Origin: Acanthaster planci
Lineage: Eukaryota
DNA length: 64,000 nt
Reading direction: 5' to 3'
NCBI RefSeq assembly: GCF_001949145.1
Contig: NW_019091357.1
Location: forward strand, 3,434,228 to 3,498,227
The position numbers were made by a program, and so were the translations under genes. Of the stretch, positions 35,149 to 48,020 are shown in pieces; within the stretch, counting starts at the first letter, position 1; every line of letters starts with the position of its first letter. Below the pieces are notes generated by a model, which worked only from the letters and a program-made list of their open reading frames with translations, had not been told where the DNA came from and did no database searches.

Positions 35149-38100
35149 TTATTTCAAAGTGACACCGAGAATTATGCCCACAATGGCAAGTAGCACCACC
35201 ACACATATCGCAATGCAACACATCTTCCTCCGCGCTTTTTGCTGCAAGAGATCAGAGAGGTGCAAGAAAGGGGTCAGAGCATCTGCTGGACTTGTCGTGC
35301 CAGACAATGAGAAATGTGGCATCAGCGAAAAACCAAGCATCGGCGAGAATAGAGAAAGTTAGCGCAAACACATGTGTTTGCTAAATCGTGCCACAGCAAA
35401 GGAGATGAGCAAGCAAGTGCAGACAAGATGGCCAGCACTAGACAGGCTGCCCTCCCTCCACAGCCCTTCAACCCCGCCACCCCCTTCATAAATACAACAC
35501 AATGTCTACAGGTGGAAAGGCAAACGTTACCCTCAAAACTGATCACTTCAAACGAAAGCAGGCAATTGGGTATTTTTATCTAGTCTGCTGTGAAAAGATG
35601 AGGATGTACTGGCAGGTGCTCTACCTTGGGCTAACAGTCAGCAGGACTCAATGATAAAGGCAACACGGTCTACTAATCGGTTTGCTTGCTTTGCAACATG
35701 CAGAAAGCCCCACATAGTAATTTCATATTGGCACAACTGACAAGTTTTGTTTAATAGTTCCGATCTCACTTTGTGCCTGTTACGATTTCAGAACAATCCA
35801 CTTCTTACATGTGACCCGATCAACTACATGTACATGTATGTGAATGACGTTGAGGTGCTTGTTTTGCATATCTGCATATGCAAAAGAAAGAATGTGGCAT
35901 GCTACTGGGACGTCCCTCATGTGTGTCAACCTAATCAAAGTACAGACATTCAACGGGTGGCGACCTTTGACAGTTTCAACTGATTTCCATCCTGTGAGAA
36001 TTGTTTGAAGGTCTCTGGCTAAAAAGCAGTTCACCAATCATTTTGTTAAAGCTGGTTCACAAGTTTTGTCGCTGTCCCCCCAAAACCGACACCCTGAGCA
36101 CACCTTGCGTAGTAGCAGGTGCATCATTTGAGTTTGACAATGAGCACAATGGTGATGATGAGGGCGGTGATGGCCATGAGAACAAGGCAGAAGCACATTT
36201 TCTTGCGCGCCTTTTTCTGCGAAATGAACGAGAAAGAAACGGGGTATAACTAAGAGAATGGGACTGATTGAACTTGACTAACTGCATGAATGTCTGTTTT
36301 CCTACTTGTTATACCAAGTAAAAAACAAACTCAATCCAGAATGATCCCTATATGAAAGACCTCTTCCATGGCACCGTTTTGAAGACAAAGAAATGTAACT
36401 TATGGATGAAATGGAACTTTGAGAAGTGTGCTCCAAATTTGCAGCAATTAAAAAAAAGTTGGCTACAACGGTGCTAGTAACCAACATGTAGCAGGGAACT
36501 TCCATGACCAATTGTTCCCGCATCCTAATCATTATCCGCCCCGAGCCGAAGTGCGCCCCCTATTGTTGAAAGAAAGACAGGTCATTACAAGCGGGTTCTT
36601 GCACACAAAGACCATACATGCCGGAGTAAATTATTTACATGTACTCAGTGTGAGGCTCTGCATCAAAAGCTCATTTACTTGCTTGTGTCATGGAGTGCCT
36701 ATGCGGCGAGTACCAAAAAACATGCCCTCTTTTGTTCCGCTCGGAGCGGATTGAGATGTTGAACATGTTTCAAGGTTTAATGAAGTTTTGCAAAATCCAT
36801 TCATGAAACACTACACGGATATGCAGCATTTTAACTGTGAAAATTCTTATCCTTAAGTTTATGTGGTATGTGCTTTTGCATTGGTAGTTTACAACTTGGC
36901 TAATTCTGCCGGGGTCCATAACTGTGTTGACACTGCACTTAACTGGAAGTCTTAAGGGAAGTCGTGAACCTGCCATATTGGTGGAAGAGGCATTTAATAC
37001 CTACTTACGACCTGCGAAGCAGTGTTAGAGGTCTCGAGGCTGGCCTCGGTGACCCTGGCCTCGGACTTAACCTTGAATGCTGCAGACTCGACTCCAACAT
37101 TGCTGCGAAGAAGCGCGGTACCATACCAGTAATGGCTTATAAATTCTGACCACCAGATTAGTCTAAAGAGTACTCAAGCATGATGTCATTTGAATCAGGA
37201 AGTGTAGCAAACCAGAAGTGTAGTGACTGTTGGTTCACATGCTGATTCCTTTTATACACATAATTGTGCACCTGACACATTCACTTTCGTACTCTAGGCA
37301 ATTGTGAAGGAAGTACATTGTAAGTTGGCTGTGGTTGCAAGGTGCATGATTGGCTTTATTTTTTTTACCAGTGGCCCATGTGATTCTCAGGATAGATGTA
37401 GAACTAAACTTAATGAAATGGGGTGAGCCACAGGCTTGATGCTTGGAATCATCAGCACCAGAGAAGGTACAAGGTCAAGGTGCACAAGCTATCTGCTCCG
37501 AGCAGAACAAATGAGGGCGTAGTTTTCTTGGTACTCACCACATAGGTCCGCCATGAGGCGCACAAGTATGTGTGCGTTTGACACAAAGCATGCTGAGTAC
37601 GTGTAACTAATTTATTCCGGCATGTATGGTCTTTGCGTACATGCAGAACGTATGCAAGAACCCGCTTGTAACCAAATGTCTTTCTTTCGCCGATGGGGGT
37701 GTCCTTCAGCTCGCGGCGGATAGGTAATCAGTAATTTGGCTGACGTCACTTGAACGCAGAATGGATGGGCTTATCAATTTAGCCATCTTGAACTGAACCT
37801 TGAGGAACAGTCCTCATGCTGGTTCTCAAAATCCTTGGTCTGCGGTCATGAAAATAATTGCATTAAATAGCAGCAATTGCCAGAGCAGATAGAAATATAA
37901 CTAACAGGAAATACGGGCACTGACATTGTCACCCGATGCCAATGGGTGATGCGAACATTTTGTCAACAGTGGTTTGAATTGAATTATTCAAGAGGTAAAA
38001 CTGAATCATGTGTTTTTACTGGTTAACAAAAGAGACAGATGATGAAAGCATGATTCAAGCTCAGGATTGCTCAGGGGTGGAATTGAGTCAATGTGTATGG

Positions 38101-41100
38101 TTCAGAGAACTAAGGTTGAATTCTAAAAGTGTCAGGTTTCCAGAGCTGGGAACCTGTTTGCGCCGTGTTAGCCCTATGCTGTCTGACAGTCTGGTAACTT
38201 GCCTCAACTCATGGGGAAGGGAAGAGGGAACCTTTAGGTCAAGTTTACAACTTATGATCTGACAAAGAGGTGGTGATGGAATGCAGACCGACATCAGCTT
38301 ATAGTTTTTGCCTTGGCGATTGGCAGTCTCTGGTGCTTTCTTTTGATATTCATGCTTCTGCTTGTACAGTTATGTTTATAAAGGCAAACTACGCGTACAT
38401 GTGGTGTTTGTTGTGTCGAAAGTAACAGGAGTCTATCCAAACATGTGCAAAATCCAGAGGCCATTTTGTATGGTCAAATACATTAGTCTGATAATAATGA
38501 TACAAGTAACTTTTTGTATAGATGGTGACCATTTCATGGAAGATTTTCAATGGGCCGTCAATGGCAATTTGAGAAATGCAATGATGTATCAACTTTAAAT
38601 TCAAACTGTCTGTAAAATGAGGATAGTGCTCAGGTTTTAGAGTTGGGATGAAAATGCCAGCTTGACACTCCAGAGATAACCTGGGGAGTCAGGTACGGAC
38701 TGAAAACCCAATCCACGCGATGGCTGGGATGAGATTCGAACCTGGGCTGCACATGTGGAAGGGGAGAACAGTATCACTAACCCGGCTAACTCACTAGCAT
38801 GCAAAGAAACCCTCTGTGCAGGCAGAGATTGAAAAGTGAGCCCACTGGTGTTGAATAAGAGTAAACTCGGAAGTCACAGTGCATGGTGTGCAATGACGGA
38901 CATTGTGCGCTGACAGTTCAACCAGTGCTTAAGACAATGAATTGTACACAGAGCAGCTAAACGCAACTGTCTGATCTCACAGTTACACTGCTTCTTGGCA
39001 ATCATTCAAAAGCCAATTTCGGCAGGCAGATATTCTCTGCTCGCAGCTCTGTGAAAGAAGCGAGAGACGCCTACCTGATACTTGCTGGCTGTCTGCAGCT
39101 GCGTTGCGGCACCCTCTACATTGCTGGATGCCCTGTCTATGTTAGCCTCGATCGAGTCTGACCAGAAAAAGAAAAGAAAGAACTCAACTTTGATACGGTG
39201 CGTCATCAGCTGATTTTATTCAGGTAAACCCGGACTTCTTGTGGCACTTTGGCCAAGGAGAGGGGAGATTTTTTCTTCAAATGTATGTGTTGAGCCATGT
39301 CTGAGTCAAACGGCTAGGGCTTAGAGCAACACATGTGTATGGGAAGTGGCCACGGCCACTAGCCACTATAAGCACATGTGCTGTCTACAGCAGCAGGCGT
39401 GACTTTTGGACAGTGTCTTAGGTTGTCAGCACACTTCCATGGGTAACTTTTTTCTCATAAATGTGCCCACCAGATCCTCCGGATGGGGTCAAAAGGGTGA
39501 AGTGGGAGTGGTGTTCTTGTGTTTGTGCCTACCTATAATTTCTCCTTGCTGGGACACCATTGCACCGAGATCTCGGAAAATTTCATTCACATCTAGCATG
39601 GCCGCCTGGGAAGGAAAGCAAAAAACACTCCTTTAGTTCAGTAATTATGGCAGTGTTGTTGCTCAGTACATTTCAAGAAGAGTAATTCCAGAAACTAGGG
39701 GTCCAAAAGTGTGACATTTTCGTGTCCCCGTTACATGTGACCTTTGTTATTTGACATGGAAATATCACCAGAATTGATTTCAAACTATTACTATTTGTTT
39801 GGCAGGTAATTTGCATTAATTCACCACTCTTTGAAATTAGAAAATGTGTTCTGAACTTACAAAATCATATGTCAGATGTGACAGGGACACGAAAAAATGG
39901 ACCCCTAATTTCTGGAATTACCCAGTACCAAGTTCTCTGCCAATAAGAATTGTAGTGTTGTAGTTAAGACTACAATAAAGACCTTCACGAGACCACACAA
40001 GACCAGCACAAGACCTCCAGTCTGAATTCAAGTCACAAGCTATTGAACTGAACTGCAACAAAAGCATTCCTTTTTCATGGTTCACCCTGTGACATGTGAC
40101 TGGTCTTGTGACTGGTCTTGTGCTTGGTCTTCTGACTGGTCTTGTGCACGGTCTTGTGCATGGTCTTGTGACTGGTCTTGTGATGGTCTCGACTACAACA
40201 CTGATGAATTGGTTAGGAGGGAACAAAGCTGAAGAACATTGGCATTGGATGGTAAATGCATGAAGGCAAAATAACAAAAGGAAATGACAGAGATGTCAAC
40301 TTTTCAAAAACTTCCCGTACCGGTTTCCTGACTGAACCTAATTTTTCGGCGCGACCCCTAAATTATTTATCGGCAAATTAGAAAAGAAATTTTAAAAAAA
40401 AGTTTTAAAAAATGCTGCTGTCATTTCTTTCAAAACAAACACCTGTCAACAACTTCTTTTCATGTCAAAATACTTGTACTTACCTGACTAGCATTGTGCA
40501 AATGTGAATTGTAATTTATTGTTGATTACATTTCCGCATTAATTCTGGTAAGTTTTAATTTTAATCGCTTTTGTGTCAATTTTTGGCAACTTTCTCCCAT
40601 TCAATCAGCACAAAAAATTGTCCAAAAATCCTTACCTACCAACCCTATTTAATCGGAAGCAGAGCTATTTTGTCTTGGCCTAACTAATGTGCTTCTCGGT
40701 GTCGTCAAATCCAGCGTTGGCAATATTTATCATGTCACAGTTGCATGCATTGCAAAACATGTAAGCTTCTCCAAGACAAGACTTTGCAATAAAGGCCCAT
40801 TGTTGTGGTGTATTCGTCCCTGAACTTCAGCTCATTTGCTGCCACTGTGCAAAACAAGTCCAGTTGCCCACCAAATATCTAAGAATCAAATCCTTGACAG
40901 TCCTCCACTCCGGTCAACTGTCAACTTTTCGCACGATCCTGATGTTCGACACACGTGTGTACGATATCGGTACACGTATGTGTGCAACGCTTGGACGTAC
41001 ACAATCACGTTGCATATGAAGTGCAACCATGCCTATTTGCCCCCGTTCATCATAGCGTTAATTGAGGCAAACGGATGATTTAACCACGCTGGTTTCTACC

Positions 41101-44100
41101 CCTACTCATGTAGCTTGTACGCACAAACTGCAGGATGGCAGCAAAACATTTCTGAAACGTGCATGACGAGGCCGGCTCCATGCTACTACATACGTAGAGT
41201 TTATACACAAATGTATGGTTTTGTACCTTTGAGTGGGAAATCGTAAAAATCTTAGTCTGGATCGTACAGTCGTAAATGGACTACGCAAATCATAAAAATT
41301 ACGCCTAAATCGTACAAGTTGGCATCTCTGGAAATGATGACTTTAGACACTCCCCAAACTTTTTGTAAAAATGAAGGAAAGCACTTGAAAAGTACTCAAC
41401 CGAGTTCATGTAAGTGTTCTTCAGCTTTGATCCTACAAACAGGACGAACATTTTGCCAACAAATAGGTACTAAAATGTATCTGACTAAAATACTGCCTCA
41501 CAGTCGTTAGTCCATGTAAACCCTACAAAGTACCTCGATCTGTCGGATCTGTTCCTCCCTCTCCTGCAGCAGATTCATGTCGTATTCTATCTGTTGGTCT
41601 TGCTGCTGTAGCTGTGACTGGATCTCCTGCCTCCGAGCTTCTTCTATCAGCGCCTTGGATTCGTCGTGCGCCACCACTTCCTGTTGCATCGAGCAAGGAA
41701 AGTGACGATGCCGTATAAATTTCCATGAATTTGCCACATTTCGGACTGCCGAAAAGGCTTGTGATTAATGAGCAAAAATCAACTAAGAGTCAGGCTCCGA
41801 CGACACACACGGCACGAGAGTTTGACTGCTACCCTGCTTTTGATCTGCCACAATTTTTCTGTACATGTAGCACATTTATCTGTGTTAAAAAGATAAATCA
41901 AATTGGGTCTTTGGCTTCAACTTATCCCTTGAAACCTAAAAATGGTCCAGAAACTTTGACTAATAATTGCTTGAATTTCATGACTTTGCCATGGCTTTTT
42001 CACTCAGACAACCGGATTCTAGGATATCCTATTTTGACTCCAATTTTCCATGACTTTTCCATGACATTCTAGGACAAATTTTTTCAAGAGTTTTCCATAA
42101 CCATAGGAACCCTGAGTATTGGAAAACCCCCCCGAAGAATTATTCAGTAAACTTACGCCGCCCTCCATGACACGCAAGGCTGCTCTTTGAAGGCATTATT
42201 TAGATGACGACGTGGCAACAGTTACCACAGCGACCAATGCTTACCCTGCTTTCAGACGTTGGTGGCGCCATGGAGGGACCAGGAGACGACCTCATCTTGC
42301 TCGCTATTTTCTGTGGGTGGCAAATGCACAATTAAACGTGATTCTCATTCACATTCCAAAACAACATGTGGGGAAAATACAAATACTCTTAACTCTAAAT
42401 GATCCCAGATTCCTCAAAATCTACCAAGATGTTTCGGAAAAGTAATCTTGTCTTTGTGTTGGGCTCTAATATACTGACTTTACTTTCCAGTACTTTGAAA
42501 CAGTCTGTTTTTGTTTCATTCAATTGATCAGTTACAAGTTGCAAGAAACAGAAATCACTTTTTCTGACTTTTCCACCGTGTATCTTTAATGAAAATGTTT
42601 GTAAAATGTGGCAAGAGAAAGTTTCATGTTTGTCTAAAAAAGATCTAGGTACAGGTCAGGTAAACAAGCACAATTTTCCCCCAAATGTGCTTTGAAAGAG
42701 GGAACACACAACTATCTTCTGTCTTTCCTGTTGTACCTTTTGGACACCGCTGTATCTTTGAACTGAATCATGGTACTCATTTGTCAGCCGGTCAACTTGT
42801 AACTTTGATGACTGCAAGAGAAAGGAAACAAGTCACAACAACCACAAGTTTGTACGTGGACAAATATTTCTTGAAAGGTCTAAAAGTTGCAGAAAAATTT
42901 CATTTTAAATGATGTGCGTAGCCTTTGCATGTCAGAGAAACTGCTTCATTGCCTCTGATGCACTGCTCGAAAGGGTTTTGAAAATTACCCACATCCTGAA
43001 AGAGTGTTATTAAACTTTTCTTGATGAGAATACTTTCCGAATGTATTGGCAAAAATTGTGCAGTTTATAATTGCAAATGCATGTTCTGTTCAGAACACAG
43101 AGAAATTCTCATGCACTGATTGAGTGCACCAGTTTCGATAATTCACCGATAAGGAATACAAATAAAGATATAAATATTGATTTACTATTTCATGGGTTTG
43201 TACATACATAAACATGAATTTGATATTAGGATCTCTTTTGTACATGGCAAATTAGCACTGCAGAAATTCACATTAACTATATGTGACCGGATCCCTCAAA
43301 ATGAGTCCTAAAGCCAATAATTCTGTTTTAGTTTGCATGAGAAAGAGCAAATTGAGTTCTTCATTTTGATGTATCACCTACTTTGGCATCCTGATGAAAA
43401 TGGACAATGCATGGGGGTAAAATGTTCAGGGTTGGCATTGATTTACTCTGTACACGATTCTCTTAAACATCTTTCACTCAAAAGTTGCTCTGGCAACTTG
43501 TGACTCCTTCTGTTAGGTCGGGTCGCATTTGTCCCCCATCCAGGGGCCAATTTCATAGAGCTGCTTAAGCACAAAATTTGCTTAAGCGCGAGAAAACCTT
43601 ACTCAATAAATCAGGTAACCAGCCAAACCTCCATGTGATGTATATTGCTTGGGGATTTTATTTTGGTTAGCATGACAATCAGATAGAGTTTGAGCTGGTA
43701 ACCTTTGTTTATTAAGCAAAGTTTTCGCCCGCTTAAGCAAATTTTGTGCTTAAGCAGCTCTGTGACATTGGCCCCTGGTTTGGACATGAACAATGAAGCC
43801 AGTTTGGTATTTCGAAAAACCAAGGTCTTTCGGGAACACAGTGCATGTGTGAATCAGCATATGGCTTACGGCTACGCTGATAGGACAGACTATCCTACGC
43901 ATGTGTAGCTGTTCCCGAATAGCCTGAGACTGGGCATGTGCTGTTGGAATACTGAACTAGCCCATTCTAGATGAGAAAGAAGTCACAAGGCTACTTTCTT
44001 TTGGGGGAGAGGGGCAAGAAGTGCATCTCGGTACATACTCTTCCAAGGGTGCGCCCCATTAGAGTCAGATCTTTCAGACACATGGTTGTCTCGCTGACAA

Positions 44101-47100
44101 TTTTGTTGGTTGACTGCATATTGGCTTGGCTGTGGGCATGTAAGGGTGAAGTAAATTAAGCATCAATGGTTAAACTTCAATATCTAGTGGTGGTTTTTAC
44201 TAAACTCTCTTGGCCATGGACTTTCAAAAGAAGTTCACAATTTACACTTTTTTTTTTTTAGGTAAATGACGTATGAGTATTACATGTAATGCTCTCAGAC
44301 CCATTAAAATTGAACAGGATGTCAATTTAACAGGATTGAGGACTGTGTGCCAGTAACTTTAACCTAATGTTTGAGACTTAATAATGACAGATTAAGTGAA
44401 AATGAATCTGTTACTGGATTCCTGTGCAGTGGAAGATTTTGGAGGATGAACTGGGTTATTTTGGATTCTGCCTCCATCACGAAAAAAAGCAAGTCTGGTC
44501 CGAGCCCATTTGACTCATCAGGCCATGTTTATCTCCGGTTTCCTTGGAACGAAATGACTGAGAATATTTCTATTCGCCCCCCTGGATGGGATGCCAGTCC
44601 ATCACAGGTTGCTTCCCTAGCTAGTGCTGGTACCCATTTGTACCAATGCTTGTACCCATTTATACTCCTGGGTGGAGAGAGGCAAGCAGGGGTGAAGTGG
44701 CTTGCCAAGGGCCACAACATACTGCCAGCAACTGGATTTGAACTTCCAACCCTATGATTGGAAGCCACTGACCCTAACCACTTGCCCCTGTCCCTTTAAG
44801 AAGTTAGCTGTCACATACCTGATCATTTTGAAACTTAGCATGCATGTAAACATACTCATAATCATAACAAATGTGAGGTGTTAATTCCATATAGGTAATT
44901 CCAGAAATTAGGGGTCCAATTTTTTTCGTGTCCCTGTCACACTTGACATATGATTTTGTAAGTTCAGAGCACATTTTCTAATTTCCAAGAGTGATGAATT
45001 GATGCAAATTACCTGCCAAACAAATAGTAATAGTTTGAAATCAATTCCGGTGATATTTCCATGAAAAATAACGAAGGTCAGATGTAACAGGGACACGAAA
45101 ATGTCACACTTTTGGACCCCTAATTTCTGGAATTACCCAAATGGCAAAGGGTTTTCATCCTATGGAAAAATTGAAGTTCATAATCCCATTACGTTGGCCT
45201 GTATGCAATAAGACAATGGCAAAAGTATGGATTTTTGGCTGACCTGTCTTAGAAAAATATGTGCTCAAGAGGAGCATGTCTGATTTTCACAGAATTGGTG
45301 TCACTGATATACCTCCTTAAGGCTTAGTGCATGAAAATGTGCACTGCCATGAAATTGGAGAAAATGTTGAGGGGGGGTAGGGCGGAATCCTCCTCAGATG
45401 ATGCTCAACCACCAAGATGCCATCAAGTACTTACATTCTGTTGCGGAGCATAGCGCTGTCGCTAGGTGTGCCCATCTGTCGTGCAGCCTTCTCCAAAGTT
45501 GTGACTACAAGAAGGTGTGCAGAAGCACAAAAAGACCATAACAAAACGCCAGGTCAAGTTAAAAACATTTTTATGCGAAACTACTGTTAAATGGTTAATG
45601 TTAGCAGAGAAGTCACCCTTGTAAAGACAGAATTGGAATTGCATCAGCTACAAATTACCAAAAGTTGCAAGAAGTCAGTCAGTCGCAGGTCATTTAGTCT
45701 TTAGTCAACTCACAATTTCTTTAAATGAACTAGGATGAAGGCATTCTTTTGTCATTGTTCATCACTTTAGTTCTGACTTGAACTGACTACAAACAGACGA
45801 GTAAACTGACTTGTGATTGCCAGTGACTGACTCGATTCCAACTCTGTTCAGAGGCCATCTATATTATTCGAGTATTCATCTGGGCAATTTTGATTTTCAG
45901 AACACAAGTAATTTAAAATAGAGTTTGCACGCCTTTTCTGCACACTCAAATGCAAATCACGGCAAGGCAGCCATGCTTTTGCCAACCGTAAACTTGAAAA
46001 AAAAGCCTCTCCATGGCAACCTCTTGGTAGTGCACTGAATTGTGAATCTCCCGTATTACATGCGCACAAAGATGTAGCTGACTCGGGTCTTTGTGCGAAA
46101 GAACACAGGTGGGTGCACTGCCACATGGGCCTAGAGCTCCATACCAACAACTTGGCAGTCCACTGTATTGTGAATTGATCAGTAGCTGGGGCAAAAATAT
46201 CACCCGGTCAAATTCTTCTCAGGGTGTGGAAACATTTCTGATATGTAACATTTACAAATGTTGCAAGGTAAATTCCCAAGCTTTGACATATATATTCAGA
46301 AATCTGTTACAGTGAATTTTTGTGAAACTAAAGATTAGTGTAGTGGCACAATAGTTACATTGGCAATGATACAGACATTTGAACTTTGTTAGATTTTGAG
46401 TGGGGCAGGATAGACGAGGGCAGAATGCTACTCAAAGACAGGTCTTACCATTATTGGCAATCTTGAAAATAGCTGAACTGATTTGCTGGGCCAAGTCTGC
46501 AAATTCATCACTTTGACCTGTGGAAAAACAATCCACTCGACTCCCTTAATGTGTAAACTGAGCAGGGTTGTCACTGGGCTAAATTTAGTGCCGAGTAATA
46601 TTTTGGTGAAGTGCAGCCAAAAGGAACTCTTGTGACCAAATCTTGTGGGTCACGGCCAGGGGTCAAGGGGTCCATTCAAGGGCCCGGGTGGGCTCCAGTG
46701 GCAATGCCCTGATGGGGGTCGAGGGGGCAGAGTCCCACTAAAGCTCCAGGATTCTGCAGTTTTTCAGGGAGGAAAATCAGGTTTTTGAGGCATGCTATAA
46801 AGTGTAATTTGTGTTTCGAAAAAGTGGAATTATCAATGAATAAAGATGAACACAGGATGAAACAACAATTGTCTCACAGTATTTTGGTGAAAGTAACTGG
46901 CAGAACAAATAACAATCTTATACAAACATTTTACACAAGGTAAAATTTTGTTTTGCAAAGAAAACTTTTTTGTGCCATAATTCTAGATTATGTTGTCTGT
47001 CGAAACAATGTGCTGTCAAAAACAAAACGTGTTTAATGACTTTTGACAGGGCAAAGGCAGATCTATTCTTTGAAAACATTTTGACAATTAGCACGAAAAT

Positions 47101-48020
47101 ATGAGCACGTGCACGAATAGTATGGCTATCATCGTTTGCCTCGTACACAGACTTCAAAGTGAACTGTGTACCACGCATACAAGTTCTGAGACAGAGAAAG
47201 TCAGTTGATACTACGAGTAAAATCTGCCGTACCTACTCCTACTGGAATGTGGCTGTACAAATATTGACATTTATTTGTGCAGTGGGGTTGTCACTGCTTA
47301 AAGTATCGGCGCACTTGGAGTTGAGCTTTTGCGTATATGCACGTCCGTACGTGTATATACCACATGCATCATGCGTGTGTACGTAAGTGTACAGTACAGG
47401 GAATACTGTATGCCAAGCTGATCTCATGTGTTGGGATATGGGGTCATATGGCCACCATCGCTCATTTCAAGGCCTGGATTGGTGCACAATTTTAAGCTTA
47501 CCTTGGTGTTCTTGCGGTTTAAACAAAGGAATAACACATAAAAATATCTCATAATTGATAAGGATAGGAACATCATGATAAATTTTAAGATTTTTTTTTT
47601 GAAATTTTACCAACTTAGGAATGAAATACATGTATGTGCCTGGCGGTCAGGCTCAAAATTACTCCAAATGCTGGGCGGACATTATGTGAGCTAGGTGGCC
47701 CCGCCAGCCACCCAGTGTAGCTACAACCCTGAAAGTGAGATGTACAACTCCAGCCCAACAGTTTCAGCTACAGATGTACTGGTATATTGAAAAATATGAA
47801 GTTTCATTTTTGTGAAAGACGACAAGCCCCTGCACACAAGTCAAAATGGTTAGCTAAAAACCAACGGACTACGTGTATCTCTCAGAATCCAAAGTAACAA
47901 AAACAAAGAATTCATTGTTCATCCAATACCTCTTCCAAACTGTCTATCTTGATACTGGCCATCAGGTGCATTTTCAAGTGACCCGTAGCCAAAGTCACCC
48001 CTTCCCCGCTGAGCTGCCAT
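35149..48020 (-). CDS. Endosomal syntaxin (Qa-SNARE, syntaxin-7/12/TSNARE1 group), 285 aa, isoform with distal TM exon
   Basis: Exons 48020-47930, 46517-46449, 45504-45435, 44129-44039, 42811-42737, 42310-42245, 41680-41534, 39605-39533, 39157-39075, then 35241-35149 (858 nt, all GT-AG, phases compatible). Habc region plus SNARE motif [43 protein letters not shown]...QLQTASKYQ, then QKARRKMCC and a hydrophobic tail. Exact orthologue not resolvable without phylogeny. Confidence 0.92.
36124..36216 (-). CDS. Alternative (proximal) terminal transmembrane exon of the syntaxin: KKARKKMCFCLVLMAITALIITIVLIVKLK*
   Basis: Polypyrimidine tract + CAG acceptor at 36219-17, phase 0, 93 nt, same length and layout as exon 35241-35149. 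Confidence 0.85.
   Translation of the reverse strand, partial: KKARKKMCFCLVLMAITALIITIVLIVKLK
36533..37722. repeat. Inverted pair of ~220-bp diverged repeat copies (36533-36752 and 37491-37722)
   Basis: TTACAAGCGGGTTCTTGCA / TGCAAGAACCCGCTTGTAA and CAAAGACCATACATGCCGGA / TCCGGCATGTATGGTCTTTG are reverse complements; each copy has short ATCCGC.CCGAGC-type TIRs. Confidence 0.8.
38630..38790 (-). mobile_element. tRNA-derived SINE remnant
   Basis: B box (GATTCGAACC on +) and GGACTGAAAA.CC.ATCCAC shared with 50755-51032. Confidence 0.6.
39680..39923. mobile_element. MITE with GGTAATTCCAGAAATTAGGGGTCCA TIRs, copy 1
   Basis: ~25-bp TIRs; highly similar copy in opposite orientation at 44893-45138. 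Confidence 0.85.
39953..40203. mobile_element. hAT-type MITE with internal 12-bp tandem repeat
   Basis: TIRs TAGTGTTGTAGTTAAGAC / GTCTCGACTACAACACTG; 8-bp flanks AAGAATTG and ATGAATTG (7/8); about 8 copies of GTGACTGGTCTT at 40096-40189. Confidence 0.8.
40288..41330. mobile_element. Non-autonomous DNA transposon, P-element-like (7-bp TSD)
   Basis: TIRs CAGAGATGTCAACT / AGTTGGCATCTCTG flanked on both sides by GAAATGA; no transposase ORF. Confidence 0.75.
43544..43774. mobile_element. PIF/Harbinger-like MITE
   Basis: ~45-bp TIRs GGGCCAATTTCATAGAGCTGCTTAAGCACAAAATTTGCTTAAGCG, flanked by CAG and CTG. Confidence 0.8.
44490..44790 (-). mobile_element. tRNA-derived SINE (same head/core as 10770-11113, different tail)
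   Basis: Reverse strand reads GTGGTTAGGG...GTTCAAATCC...CTCTCCACCCAGGAGTATAAATGGGTAC...TGTGATGGACTGGCATCCCATCCAGGGGG. Confidence 0.85.
44893..45138. mobile_element. MITE with GGTAATTCCAGAAATTAGGGGTCCA TIRs, copy 2
   Basis: Reverse-complement copy of 39680-39923. Confidence 0.85.
46563..47731. mobile_element. hAT-like non-autonomous element (~1.17 kb)
   Basis: Termini CAGGGTTGT...ACAACCCTG with 8-bp flanks AAACTGAG / AAAGTGAG (7/8); fills most of one syntaxin intron. Confidence 0.65.

Noticed and set aside
36964..37149. Possible third terminal exon of the syntaxin
   Set aside because: The phase-0 reading stops after two codons and no hydrophobic anchor is encoded.
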